In this document: piece after piece, positions 24,926 through 35,700 of the stretch | Position numbering within the stretch: the first letter of the stretch is position 1 | Layout of the letters: each line of letters opens with the position of its first letter | From: an uncultured Chloroflexia bacterium | GTDB lineage: Bacteria; Chloroflexota; Anaerolineae; Promineifilales; UBA4811 | Assembly (NCBI GenBank): GCA_963707345.1 | Contig: CAVPPE010000003.1 | Coordinates: 318,352-382,351 of the forward strand | Direction: 5' to 3' | Length of the DNA stretch: 64,000 bases | The notes under the pieces: model-generated | Told to the model about the DNA's origin: nothing | Seen by the model: the letters and a program-made list of their open reading frames with translations, nothing else | The model's database searches: none | Made by a program: the position numbers and the translations under genes

Positions 24926-26302
24926 ATGACGGCAATTGCTCCTCCACAGGCCCCAACACTGCGTGATTGGCGCGCACTGGCCGTGTTGGTCCTTTTGATC
25001 GTTGTCGGCGTGGGGGCGCTGGCGTTTGCAGCCACGGGCCTGACCGGCGACGACGGGCTATCGGTGACGGCGGCCGTGGCAACGGTGGCGGCCGTGCTGT
25101 ACCTGGCCTCGGCCGGTGGCCTGTACACCCAAAAAACGTGGGCCTGGGGTCTCATCGTGTTCCTGTGCATCATGGGCATTGTGGGGATGGTCTTTTTTGG
25201 CATCACTATCTGGACCCAGGTGAGCGAGGCGATGGAAGCGGGCGTCGCGCTCAACGTCGGCGGCATTCTCACCCGGGTGGCGCTGATCGTGGTGGCCATT
25301 GCCGTGCAGGTATACATCATCGGCTACCTGGCGGAAGCGTGGACCAACGTGCCCATCAACGTGATGGCGATCCCCTATGTGGGCCCCACCATGATCGGCG
25401 TGCTAGCCTTTAGCGTGTACCCCATCTTGTACAACGTCTGGCAGGCATTCACCAACCGCAACGTCTTTCGGTTCAAAGTCTGCCCGGAGGGCGTGTTTGG
25501 CTTCCCGGAGGGCTGCCCATCCAAGGGTTATACCTACATTGGGCTGGAGAATTTTACCAAGCTCTTTAGCGGCCTGGATAGCGACTTTTTCGTCGTCATG
25601 TGGCGCTCCCTTTACTGGACGGTGATCTGCGTCAGTCTCTTTCTGATCGTGGGTTTTGTCCTGGCATTGTTGCTCAACAGCGAGTACGTCAAGGCCAAAG
25701 GGTTCTACCGCATGATGCTGATCATCCCCTGGGCGATCCCGTTCTACATCAGCGCGCTGGTCTGGAAATTCTTTTTCAACGGGCAGTTTGGGCTGATCAA
25801 CGTGGTGCTGCGGGACATTGGCATTGCCAACCCGCCCACCTGGCTGCAGCAGCCGACCACCGCCTTTATTGCGCTGGTGATTATCAACCTATGGATGAGT
25901 TATCCGTTCTTTATGACCATCATCCTGGGTGCGCTGCAGGCAATCCCGGCCGAACTGTACGAAGCGGCCGACGTGGATGGCGCCAACTGGTGGGACCGGA
26001 TCAAGAACATCACCATCCCACTCATCCGCCCGGCTGTGATGCCCGGCATTGTGCTCAGTTCGCTGACCACCTTCAAGCTGTTTGAGACGGTCTGGATGGT
26101 GACCAAAGGGGAGCCCAGGGCGGGCGCGGGCGAAGTGGGCTCGACTGAATTCGTGATGGTGTACGCCTTTAACCAGGCCTTCCAGCAAAAGAACTATGGG
26201 TACATTGCTGCCTTTGCCGTGGTGCTCTTTATTCTCCTGTTTGCCGCCACCATGGCCAGCATGCGCTTTACCCGCATTACCGCAGGAGCTGCAGAGCAAT
26301 GA
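24926..26302 (+). CDS. Sugar ABC transporter permease, MalF-like, with extra N-terminal helices
   Basis: AGGAGG SD before ATG 24926. EAA loop LYEAADVDGANWWDRIKNITIPLIRP. About 8 hydrophobic helices. Confidence 0.85.
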   Translation: MTAIAPPQAPTLRDWRALAVLVLLIVVGVGALAFAATGLTGDDGLSVTAAVATVAAVLYLASAGGLYTQKTWAWGLIVFLCIMGIVGMVFFGITIWTQVSEAMEAGVALNVGGILTRVALIVVAIAVQVYIIGYLAEAWTNVPINVMAIPYVGPTMIGVLAFSVYPILYNVWQAFTNRNVFRFKVCPEGVFGFPEGCPSKGYTYIGLENFTKLFSGLDSDFFVVMWRSLYWTVICVSLFLIVGFVLALLLNSEYVKAKGFYRMMLIIPWAIPFYISALVWKFFFNGQFGLINVVLRDIGIANPPTWLQQPTTAFIALVIINLWMSYPFFMTIILGALQAIPAELYEAADVDGANWWDRIKNITIPLIRPAVMPGIVLSSLTTFKLFETVWMVTKGEPRAGAGEVGSTEFVMVYAFNQAFQQKNYGYIAAFAVVLFILLFAATMASMRFTRITAGAAEQ

Positions 26303-27135
26303 GAACGCAACAGGCACGCATACTCGGTGTTTCGTTTAACGCCATCCTGCTGGTGGCGGTTTTTATCGGCATCTTGCCGGTGATCTTTATTTTCCAGGCG
26401 GCCGTGCGGCCCGGACAGGCGCTGTACACTACTAACTGGTCGCTCATTCCGGACCAGTTTACGATTGAGAATTTTCGCTACATGTTCACCGAACGGCCGC
26501 TGCTGGCCTGGCTGGGGAACAGTCTCAAGGTGGCGGTGCTGACCACCATCTTTAGCCTGACGATCGCGACCAGCGCAGGTTATGCTTTTTCCCGCTGGGA
26601 GTTTGTCGGCCGCAAATCCGGGCTGGTGCTCTTTCTGGCGTTGCAGGCCTTCCCCGGCGTCCTTTCGCTGGTGCCCATCTTTCTCATCCTCAGCGGGTTG
26701 GGGTTATACAACAACCACTGGGGGCTGATCCTGGCCTACACGGCCGGGACGCTGGTCTTTTGCACCTGGAATATGAAGGGGTACTTTGACACGGTGCCCA
26801 AGGACCTGGAAGAAGCCGCCATGATCGACGGCTGCAATCCCACCTCGGCCTTTTTGCGCGTGATCCTGCCGCTGGTGCAGCCGGCGCTGGCGGTGACGGC
26901 GCTGTTTGCCTTTTTGGGAGGCTGGAACGAGTTTGTGATGGCCAACGTGATCATGACCGGAGAGAACTTGTGGACCCTGCCGGTGGGCCTGTACGCTCTG
27001 CAGGACAACTACCGGGTGCCGTGGGGCTACTTTGCGGCCGGGTCGCTGATCAACGCGGTCCCGGTCATGCTGCTGTTCCTGGGGCTGCAGCGCTATCTGG
27101 TGAGTGGCCTCACTGTGGGTGGCGTCAAGGGATAG
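26299..27135 (+). CDS. Sugar ABC transporter permease, MalG-like
   Basis: EAA loop LEEAAMIDGCNPTSAFLRVILPLVQP, 6 helices. The start overlaps the upstream stop (ATGA). Confidence 0.85.
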   Translation: MRTQQARILGVSFNAILLVAVFIGILPVIFIFQAAVRPGQALYTTNWSLIPDQFTIENFRYMFTERPLLAWLGNSLKVAVLTTIFSLTIATSAGYAFSRWEFVGRKSGLVLFLALQAFPGVLSLVPIFLILSGLGLYNNHWGLILAYTAGTLVFCTWNMKGYFDTVPKDLEEAAMIDGCNPTSAFLRVILPLVQPALAVTALFAFLGGWNEFVMANVIMTGENLWTLPVGLYALQDNYRVPWGYFAAGSLINAVPVMLLFLGLQRYLVSGLTVGGVKG

Positions 27136-27146
27136 TCGTTTTGTCG

Positions 27147-27187
27147 GGCGGCGGGGAACTGGCCGGTTCCCCGCCGCCTGTGTTTTG
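27147..27187 (+). terminator. Rho-independent terminator-like hairpin after the permease genes
   Basis: GGCGGCGGGGAAC (27147-59) / GTTCCCCGCCGCC (27166-78), followed by TGTGTTTTGGG. Confidence 0.5.
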
Positions 27188-27222
27188 GGCCGGCAGGGGG
27201 CAAACTCTGCAGGAGAAAAGCG

Positions 27223-28896
27223 ATGAAAAAGAGACTGTTGCTGGTATTAGCCGTGCTGACCCTGCTGGCGGGCTGCTCGTTGCTCCAGCCCACGCCAGCG
27301 TCCCAACCAACGCTGGCCCCCACGGCCGCCCCCCCACTGGAGAGCGGGACGGCAACCCCGGCCGCCCGCTATACCCCCACACCCTGGCCAATCATCAACG
27401 CACCGGACTGGTTTGACAACGCCATCCTTTACGAGATCTTTGTCCGCAGCTTTTACGACACCAATGAGGATGGGATTGGCGACCTCAACGGGGTCGCCGC
27501 CCGGCTGGGCTACCTGCGCGACCTGAGCGTCTCGGCCGTCTGGCTGATGCCCATCCACCCATCCCCATCCTATCACGGCTACGACGTGACCGACTATTTT
27601 GCCGTCAACCCGGATTACGGCACGCTGGAGGAGATGATTGCGCTGGTGGACGCAGCGCACGAGGCTGGCATTCGGGTCATCATCGACCTGGTGGTCAACC
27701 ACATGGCCGACGACCATCCCATCTTTCAGGACGCCTATGGCAACCTGGAATCCGAGTACGCGGATTGGTTCATCTGGCTGAACGACGACCACACCAGCTA
27801 TCAGGCCTTTGGCGGCTTTCGCGACATGCCGGAGCTGAACTATGATAATCCGGAGGTGCTGGCTTATGTGATGGACATTGTCCGCTTCTGGATGGATTTG
27901 GACGGCGACGGCGACTATACTGACGGTGTGGATGGCTTTCGCTGCGACGTGGCCAAGGATGTACCCCTGGCTGCCTGGCAGTTGATCAAACAAGAAATGA
28001 CCACGCTGAATACGGAGGTGCTACTGTTGGGGGAGGTCTGGGAACGCAACGCCCAGGAGATGATCCAGTGGTACACGGATGCGTTCGATGCGCTGTTTGA
28101 CTTTCCCCTCTATCACACGCTCGCCAACAGCAACGACGAGAACCTGGACAGCATGCTCAGCGGGGCGCAGCCGCCCGATTTTGTTGACGCGATTGTACTG
28201 GGCGAGGCCAAGCTCTTCCCGGCCGGGCACCAGATTGTCCGTTTTATCAACAACCACGATACCAACCGGGTGATGTCTCAAGTCGGTGGCGATTGGGTGC
28301 GCGCCAAACTGGCTGCGACTCTCTACTTGACGCTCCCCGGCACCCCGATGATCTATTACGGCGAGGAAATTGGCATGCTGGGCAGCAAAGGGGAGGGCAG
28401 CCCCTACTGGGACGAGTTCCGGCGCGAGCCGATGGATTGGTACCTATCCGGCGTGGGGGAGGGGATGACTTTCTGGTTCCAGCCGGAAGATCGGTACAAC
28501 GTGCCGGATGACGACATCTCGGTGGAGGATGAGGACGGCGTGGACGGCAGCCTGCTCGGTCACTACCGGACGCTGACCGGCCTGCGCCGGGCGCACCACG
28601 CGCTGCGGGTGGGGGCGTTTGCCAAAGTGGAGGTGACCGGCGGAGATTGGGTGTATGCCTTTACCCGCCACATACCCCCGGCCGATAGCGGCCCGGAGGA
28701 GTGGTTCCTGGTAATCCTCAATTTCGGGGAGCAGGCGCAGGCACCCACGCTGGCGCTCGACCCGGCCTTTGAAGGCTCGTTTGCCGTGACCGATCTGCTC
28801 ACCGGCCAGGCGTGGCCGAACAAGGTGTCTGGTGAGGCCTACAGCGTCAAAGTCCCTCCGCTGACCGGGCTGGTGTTGCAGTTGACCCGGCCGTAG
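27223..28896 (+). CDS. GH13 alpha-amylase-family lipoprotein
   Basis: Lipobox LTLLAGCS. GH13 regions I-IV: IIDLVVNHMADDH, GVDGFRCDVAKDV, LLLGEVWE, FINNHDTNR. Confidence 0.85.
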   Translation: MKKRLLLVLAVLTLLAGCSLLQPTPASQPTLAPTAAPPLESGTATPAARYTPTPWPIINAPDWFDNAILYEIFVRSFYDTNEDGIGDLNGVAARLGYLRDLSVSAVWLMPIHPSPSYHGYDVTDYFAVNPDYGTLEEMIALVDAAHEAGIRVIIDLVVNHMADDHPIFQDAYGNLESEYADWFIWLNDDHTSYQAFGGFRDMPELNYDNPEVLAYVMDIVRFWMDLDGDGDYTDGVDGFRCDVAKDVPLAAWQLIKQEMTTLNTEVLLLGEVWERNAQEMIQWYTDAFDALFDFPLYHTLANSNDENLDSMLSGAQPPDFVDAIVLGEAKLFPAGHQIVRFINNHDTNRVMSQVGGDWVRAKLAATLYLTLPGTPMIYYGEEIGMLGSKGEGSPYWDEFRREPMDWYLSGVGEGMTFWFQPEDRYNVPDDDISVEDEDGVDGSLLGHYRTLTGLRRAHHALRVGAFAKVEVTGGDWVYAFTRHIPPADSGPEEWFLVILNFGEQAQAPTLALDPAFEGSFAVTDLLTGQAWPNKVSGEAYSVKVPPLTGLVLQLTRP

Positions 28897-28913
28897 GCTC
28901 TGCCGCGGCCGGC

Positions 28914-31052
28914 TTGGCGCGTATGGGCCAGAGCACAGGACAGGTGAACCGCAAAATCGGCGTGGCGCTACTGGTGGTGCTGGTAGCGCTGGCGCTGCGG
29001 GTTCCGGCCGTCACCGGGCTGCCAACCGATTTTGACGAACCGGTCTATTTGCGCGTGGCGGGCGAGTATGCGGATGCCATCCGCGCCGGTGACTGGGGGG
29101 GCATTGTAAGCAACGATTCCAACCTCGAGCACCCGGTATTGGTCAAGCTGGCCTACACGGCCGGACTGCTTGCGCTAGGGCCGGGAGCCACCCCGGCCGA
29201 GGGGTTGCTGGTGGCCCGCGCCATCTCGGCCGCCTGTGGATCGCTGGCGACCGGGGCGCTGGCGCTGGTCAGCCCGCTGGCCGGCCTGGCGCTGGCAGCC
29301 CACACCATGACCGTCAAGTACACCAGCCAGGCCTACCTGGAGGCAATCCCGCTGCTGGCGGTCGCGGTTGCCATGCTGGCCTACCGCCAGAGTGGCGGCC
29401 GGCGTAACCGTTGGTTCTGGCTCTCGGCCGTGGCACTGGGTGTGACGGCGGCCGGCAAGTACACCTATTTGGTAGCGGGGCTGGCGTTGTTGCCTTTCCT
29501 GCTGTTCGACCTGCGGCCGGTGGGTGGCGAGGACACGCTGGCGGAACCAGTTGGCTGGCGAGCGCGGTTGGGGCGCACGGCGCTGTACGTTCTGATTGCC
29601 GGGCTGGTGTTTGTGCTGCTGGACCCCATCCTGTGGCCCAATCCGCCCGGCCGGTTGTGGGAGAGCCTCACCTTTCACTTGCGCTATTCGCAGGGAAGCG
29701 ACGTCCAGCGAGCCAGCTTTCCCTGGTTTCAGCAGTGGCTTTTCATGAGCCGGCCGGTTCCCTGGCACCCGGGCATCTTTGTGCTCGCCCCGGATGGCTG
29801 GATTTTTTTGCTGGCGTTAGCCGGGCTACCGTTGCTCATCCGGCGCGAACCGCTGACCGCCGCCTGGCTGCTGACCGGCTGGCTCTGGTTGACCGTCTGG
29901 CCCACCAAGTGGCCGCAGTACACACTGGTTGCCGTGGTGCCGCTGTGCCTGTCCGTGGCGACGGCGCTCCGGTCTGTGGTGGGATTGGCGGAGGAGCGAG
30001 GATTGAGTTGGGATCGCATCAAAGGCTGGCTGCCCGGCCGGGGATTCTGGCTGGCGGTGCTGGCCGGGGCGTTTATCCTGCTGGGGATGAACGTCTTTTT
30101 TGGCGTCCAGCGGGCGCTGGAACGCCGCTACTGGCAAGTGCTGAACGCGCAAAACACGGGCTTGCCGGCCGACTGGGTGCAGGCCATTGCGGCCGATCCG
30201 GCCGGCCTGGTCTGGCTGGGGACGCCGGCCGGACTGGTCCGGCTGGATGAGGATGCGCTCGAGGTCCTGACGGCCGCCAATTCGCCGCTGGCGCACGATG
30301 ACGTGCGCGCCCTGTTGCTGGCGGGCGACGCGCTCTGGGTGGGCACGCGGGTTGGGTTGCAGCGTTTTTCGGCCGGCCGCTGGGAGACAGTCGTTGAGAC
30401 AGACCCCGTGAACGACCTGGCCCTCGCCCCTGACGGCCGGCTGTGGGCGGCGACGGCCGGTGGATTGCTGGGGGTGGAGGGTGACAGCGTGACTCGTTTT
30501 ACCGCGGCCGACGGGCTGCCGGCCGACAATGTGTTGGCTGTCGCCGTTGGCCAGCGAGATGGCGCGGTCTGGGTCGCCACCCATCAGGGTGCAGGGATGT
30601 GGGATGGCGCGGGTTGGACCGTCTTTACCCGTGAGAACAGCGACTTGAGCTGGTCCGGCGTGGCAGCGGTGGCGGTGGACGGCGAAGGGACGGTCTGGCT
30701 CGGGACGCTGGGGGGCGGGTTGACGGTGATCCAGGGGGATGCCTGGCAGCCGCTGACCACCGCCAACAGCGGCCTGCCGTGGAATTTTGTCACCACGGTG
30801 GTGGACGATGGCCGCGGGCGGGTCTGGCTGGCGGCCGACCTGCCGGCCGGCAGCGGCGGCAACTTGGCCTCCTTTGACTATGCCGCCTGCGACGGAACCC
30901 CGGATCAGTGCCCGGATGCCTGGCAGGTGTTCACGCCGCTCAACTCGGGTGCGCCCGATTCGGCCGTGGAAGCGGTGGCGACGGGAGCAGATGGCCGGAT
31001 CTGGATTGGCACCCGCGCGGCCGGGGTCAGCATTTACAGTCCGCCGGACTGA
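28914..31052 (+). CDS. GT-C fold (GT39/ArnT/PMT-like) membrane glycosyltransferase fused to a C-terminal beta-propeller of two-component-regulator-propeller type
   Basis: First-loop acidic motif LPTDFDEPVYLRV and about 10 TM helices over ~400 aa. Repeats follow of the kind LVWLGTPAGLVRLD, ALWVGTRVGLQRF, RLWAATAGGLLGV, AVWVATHQGAGMW, TVWLGTLGGGLTV, RVWLAADL, RIWIGTRAAGVSIY. Start uncertain (TTG 28914 or ATG 28923). Confidence 0.6.
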   Translation: MARMGQSTGQVNRKIGVALLVVLVALALRVPAVTGLPTDFDEPVYLRVAGEYADAIRAGDWGGIVSNDSNLEHPVLVKLAYTAGLLALGPGATPAEGLLVARAISAACGSLATGALALVSPLAGLALAAHTMTVKYTSQAYLEAIPLLAVAVAMLAYRQSGGRRNRWFWLSAVALGVTAAGKYTYLVAGLALLPFLLFDLRPVGGEDTLAEPVGWRARLGRTALYVLIAGLVFVLLDPILWPNPPGRLWESLTFHLRYSQGSDVQRASFPWFQQWLFMSRPVPWHPGIFVLAPDGWIFLLALAGLPLLIRREPLTAAWLLTGWLWLTVWPTKWPQYTLVAVVPLCLSVATALRSVVGLAEERGLSWDRIKGWLPGRGFWLAVLAGAFILLGMNVFFGVQRALERRYWQVLNAQNTGLPADWVQAIAADPAGLVWLGTPAGLVRLDEDALEVLTAANSPLAHDDVRALLLAGDALWVGTRVGLQRFSAGRWETVVETDPVNDLALAPDGRLWAATAGGLLGVEGDSVTRFTAADGLPADNVLAVAVGQRDGAVWVATHQGAGMWDGAGWTVFTRENSDLSWSGVAAVAVDGEGTVWLGTLGGGLTVIQGDAWQPLTTANSGLPWNFVTTVVDDGRGRVWLAADLPAGSGGNLASFDYAACDGTPDQCPDAWQVFTPLNSGAPDSAVEAVATGADGRIWIGTRAAGVSIYSPPD

Positions 31053-31093
31053 CGCGAACAGGGATGCATTGACCTGCAGAAAAGGGTTTGTGG

Positions 31094-32716
31094 ATGGAAG
31101 AGTTTATATTTGGCACCTGGGCAACGGATGAACTGAAATTGGTCCACCATCGGGCCGAGCAGAGCGGTTTGCAGCACCGGCATGCGCTCTCGCCACGCGA
31201 CCCGCAGCCGGACCGGCCGGTTACCCTCACTATTCACGCTGGCCCGGAGTTGCGGGTGGAACAGGTGGCTTGCTATTACACAGTGGATGGCAGCGAACCG
31301 GCCGGCAGTCGAGGCGTGGCGCACCATGGGGCGGTCGTCGCGTTCCGGCCGGCCGGGGTCGAGTGGGACTCGCTGGTCTGGGGTTACGTCCAGCAGTGGG
31401 AGTGCGCCTTGCCGCCACAGCCGTTGGGCACGGCCGTCCGCTATCAGATTGGCGCCTGGGCCGCTGATGCCCCGGAAATCTTTGCCGACTGGCCGGCCGT
31501 CAAGGATGTGGCGGAGCAGGCCTCGGCCGCCTTTTTTGCCGGCAAACCGCGGCCGGCAACCCCGCCCGGCGACCCCGGCCGGAGGCACACCTTTGCCTAT
31601 CGTGTGGACCGGCAAGGCCCGCCTGAGTGGGCCCGCCAGGCGGTCATCTACCACGTTTTCGTGGATCGCTTTTACCCTGGCGGCGGCCGGGGCTGGCTCC
31701 AGACCGACGACCTGCGCGGCTTTTGCGGGGGCACGTTGTGGGGCGTGGCGGAAAAGACCGAGTATATTGCCGGGCTGGGCGCTACCTGCATCTGGCTCAG
31801 CCCCACCTTTGTCAGCCCCAGCCACCACGGCTACGACGCCACCGACCTGGAGCGGGTGGAGCCCCGGCTGGGCGGCGGCGACGCGCTGCACGCCGTGGTG
31901 GAGGCGGCGCACCGGTGCGGCATCCGCGTGCTGCTCGATTACCCGTGCAACCACCTCTCCAACCAGCATCCCTTTTTCGTGGCAGCGCAATCCAACCCGG
32001 CCGGCCCGTACCGGGACTGGTTCACCTTTAACGAGTCGGCCGTTGGATACCGCAGCTTTTTTGGGGTGCCAACTTTGCCGGAGATCAACGTGAGCAACCC
32101 GGCCGTCCGCCGCTGGCTGATCGACATCGCCCGCTACTGGCTGCGCGAGTTTGACGTGGACGGCTACCGGCTGGACTATGCCAACGGGCCGGGTCCGGAC
32201 TTTTGGAGCGACTTTTGGGCGGCGTGCAAGCAGGAAAAGCCGGACTGCTTTTGCTTTGGCGAGGTGGTGGATGCGCCACACGAGCAGATGCGTTATGTCG
32301 GCCGGCTGGATGGCTGCCTGGACTTTCACACCGGAGACGCGCTGCGCCGCACCTTTGCCCACCAGAGTTGGACGGAGGGGCAACTGGACCGCTTTTTGGA
32401 GCGCCATCTTGGCTACTTCCCGGCCGATTTCCTGCGGCCGACCTTTGTGGACAATCACGACATGGACCGCTTTCTGACCATTGCCAACGGGGACAAGGGG
32501 GCGCTGCGCCGGGCGGCCGGCGTGCAGATGCAACTGCCCGGCCCGCCGATCATCTACTACGGCACAGAGGTGGGCCTGATGCAGGAAGGTAGCACGCGCC
32601 AAGGGCTGGGCCTGCATGTCAGCCGTGTGCCAATGGCCTGGGGGGACGAGCAGGACAAAGAATTGCTGGATTATTACCAAAAGATCATCCGGGAGAGGCG
32701 TTCCCGGACAGGTTGA
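31094..32716 (+). CDS. Cytoplasmic GH13 enzyme (maltodextrin glucosidase / neopullulanase-like) with an N-terminal accessory domain
   Basis: GH13 regions: VLLDYPCNHLSNQH, DVDGYRLDYANGP, FCFGEVVD, FVDNHDMDRF. No signal peptide. ATG 31094 preferred over TTG 31088 because AAGGG lies 7 nt upstream. Confidence 0.85.
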   Translation: MEEFIFGTWATDELKLVHHRAEQSGLQHRHALSPRDPQPDRPVTLTIHAGPELRVEQVACYYTVDGSEPAGSRGVAHHGAVVAFRPAGVEWDSLVWGYVQQWECALPPQPLGTAVRYQIGAWAADAPEIFADWPAVKDVAEQASAAFFAGKPRPATPPGDPGRRHTFAYRVDRQGPPEWARQAVIYHVFVDRFYPGGGRGWLQTDDLRGFCGGTLWGVAEKTEYIAGLGATCIWLSPTFVSPSHHGYDATDLERVEPRLGGGDALHAVVEAAHRCGIRVLLDYPCNHLSNQHPFFVAAQSNPAGPYRDWFTFNESAVGYRSFFGVPTLPEINVSNPAVRRWLIDIARYWLREFDVDGYRLDYANGPGPDFWSDFWAACKQEKPDCFCFGEVVDAPHEQMRYVGRLDGCLDFHTGDALRRTFAHQSWTEGQLDRFLERHLGYFPADFLRPTFVDNHDMDRFLTIANGDKGALRRAAGVQMQLPGPPIIYYGTEVGLMQEGSTRQGLGLHVSRVPMAWGDEQDKELLDYYQKIIRERRSRTG

Positions 32717-32727
32717 TGGAGGAAAAG

Positions 32728-35700
32728 ATGAAAAAGCACTGGAGCGTATTGCTGACCGTCGTGTTGCTGGTGGGGCTGCTGGCTGGCTGTGGCAAGGAGC
32801 CGACCCCCACGCCACCCCCGCCGACAGAGGTTCCGGCCGGCCCGACCGTCGTGCCGGGGGAACTGACGGTTGAGCCAACCGCCGCCCCGGCCAGGGAAGA
32901 GCCGCTGTACGTTGCCATCATCTGGCACCAGCACCAGCCGGTTTACTTCAAGGACCCGGAGACCGGTATCTATGCCAAGCCGTGGGTCCGCGTCCACGCC
33001 AGCAAGGACTATGTGGATATGGCGACCACGCTGGAGGCGTACCCGGCGGTGCATGTCACCTTTAACCTCACCCCCAGCCTGATCCGGCAACTGGATGACC
33101 TGGCGGCCGGGGCGCGGGATAGGTATTGGGTGATGACCGAAATCCCGGCCGACCAGCTCACAGAAGAAGAGCAAGCGTACCTCAAGGCCCGCTTTTTCGA
33201 CGTCAACCCCAAGGTGATTGCCCGCTTTCCACGCTTTGAAGAGCTGGCCTCGACGCGCGAGGAGCAATGGGCGGAGCAGGATTACCGCGACCTGCAGGTG
33301 CTGTTCAACCTGGCCTGGACCGACCCCGACTGGCTGGCGGCCGAGCCGCTGCAGGCGCTGGTGGCCAAAGAGCGCGGCTACAGCGAAGCGGACAAGGCGG
33401 TGCTCCTGGCCGAACATCAACGCCTGATCGAAGAGGTCATCCCGGTACACCGGCGGCTGCAGGACGCCGGGCAGATCGAGGTAACCATGACCCCCTATGC
33501 GCATCCCATCCTGCCGCTGCTGGTGGATTCCAACCTGGCACGGGTTGCCATGCCCAGCGCGGACCTGCCCGGCCGGTTTAGCTATCCCAAGGACGCGGTA
33601 GAGCAGGTGGAGCGAGGCGTGGCGCTGTACCAGGAGCACTTTGGGGTGGCCCCGCGCGGCATGTGGCCGGCCGAAGGCTCGGTGGCACAGGACATGGTCG
33701 GCATGGTGGGCAACGTTGGCATCCAGTGGATGGCTTCCGATGAAGAGGTGCTGGCCAAAAGCCTGGGAATGTCTGGTTTTGTGCGCGACGCGCGCGAGAC
33801 GGTGCGCGAGGCGGATGCGCTCTACCGGCCGTACGTGGTGCAGGGCTTTAAAACCCCGCCCGTTTACATCGTCTTTCGCGACCACGTAATCTCCGACAAG
33901 GTGGGCTTTACCTACTCCGGCATGTCCGGCCAGGCGGCAGCGGCCGATTTCCTGCGCCGGATGCACAACATCAAAGAGATGCTGGACGAGAGCGGGGCCG
34001 AAGGTCCCCATCTGGTGAGCGTGATCCTGGATGGCGAGAACGCCTGGGAGCATTACGAGAATGACGGCAAGGAATTCCTGCACGCACTCTACCAGGGGCT
34101 GACCGACGCTCCGGAACTCAAGACGGTCACCCCCAGCGAGTTTCTCGCCATTGCCTCGGAACAGCCGGCCATCGAAACCTTGTGGGCCGGCTCGTGGATC
34201 AGCCACGATTTCAGCACCTGGATTGGCGAGGAAGAGGAGAACACAGCCTGGAACTATCTGCTGCAGACCCGCGAGACGCTGTTCAAGTACCAGCAAGGCC
34301 GGCGGGAGGCCTCGCCGGAGGCGATTGAAGCCGCCTTTGACGCCATGATGATCGCCGAAGGTTCGGACTGGTTCTGGTGGTACGGCGCAGATCAGGATTC
34401 CGGCAACGATGGCGACTTTGACCAGCAGTTCCGGGCTACGCTGAAGCAGGTTTACCTGTTGCTGGGCGAGGAGCCGCCCGACTTTTTGGACGTGCCGGTC
34501 ATCCCGCAGCGGGCGCAACTGCCGGAGCAGGCGGCCGTCGACCTGATCGGCCCGACGATTGATGGCGTGGCCGCGGAGGGCGAGTGGGACGCGGCTGGCT
34601 ACTATACCGTCCAGGGTGGGGCGATGGCCAGCGCCGACGAGTTGATCGCCAAGATGTGGTATGGGTTTGACTCCAAGAACCTTTACCTGCGCTTTGACCT
34701 GCACAACCCGGTGGTGGATCCGCTCTTCTTGGGGGTCTACATGACCGGCCCCGGCGACGTGCCGGTGACCAGCTTTTCGCGCTACGGCCGGGCGGAGCCC
34801 AAGACGCTGGTTGGATTTGGCGCCAAATACGAGCTGGGCCTGAGCCTGACGGCCGAGGGGGCCGCGATGAGCCTCTCTGGCGTGGGCGAGGATGGGCTCT
34901 GGTCGGAAGAGCGAACGCTGCCGGCCGGGGCGGTCGTCGCGCTGACTGACACGGCGGTGGAAGTGGCGTTGCCGTTTGCGGCGCTGGGCCCGGTTGACTC
35001 CGGGGACACCTTCCAGATGCGCGCCGCCCTCAGCCGGGCGGAGGCGGACATCCAGGTGGTCCCGGCCGGCGGCCCGGCCAAGATGACGGTGCCCGACCTG
35101 GGCCTGACCACCACCGTGCTGGAGGTGGCCGATCCTGAGAATGACGACAATGGCCCTGGAGCCTATGCCTATCCCAGCGACGGTGTGTTTGCGGCCGGGG
35201 CGTTCGACATCACCAGCTTTAGCGTGGGGTACGACGAGGCGAACATCGTCTTCAAGTTTATTGTCCGCGGGCCGGTGGAGAATGTGTGGAATTCGCCCAA
35301 TGGGTTGAGCGTGCAGACTGTGGATGTGTACATCGATCAGGATGGCCCGGAGAGCGGTGCCAGGCTGCTGCTCCCCGGCCGCAACGTGGCACTGGCGGCC
35401 GATTTTGCCTGGGATTACGCTATCTGGGTGGAAGGGTGGACGCCGGGCATCTTTGTCCCCGGCCCGGACGGCCCGGAGCAGGTGGACGCCGAGTGGTCGG
35501 TGCTGGTTGACCCTGGTCAGAGCAAGATCACGGTCCGCGTGCCCAAGAGCCTGCTGGGAGACGACCCGGAGAACTGGGCTTACCTGGGCGTGCTGCTGGG
35601 GCAGGAGGGATATCCCTCCACCGGCGTCTGGCGGGTGCGAGATGTGGAGGCAACGGCCAAGCAGTGGCGCTTTGGCGGCGCCCCGGTCGACATCAACCAC

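Noticed and set aside
27197-27208. 12-mer GGGGCAAACTCT shared with 57960-57971, both times inside a hairpin loop
   Set aside because: Repeated 12-mers are expected by chance in 64 kb (on the order of 100 such pairs). The flanking sequence is not similar, so I do not treat it as a repeat family.
31034-32878. 614-aa minus-strand ORF
   Set aside because: It is antisense to the cytoplasmic GH13 gene, which has all four GH13 regions. It has the same shadow-frame composition.
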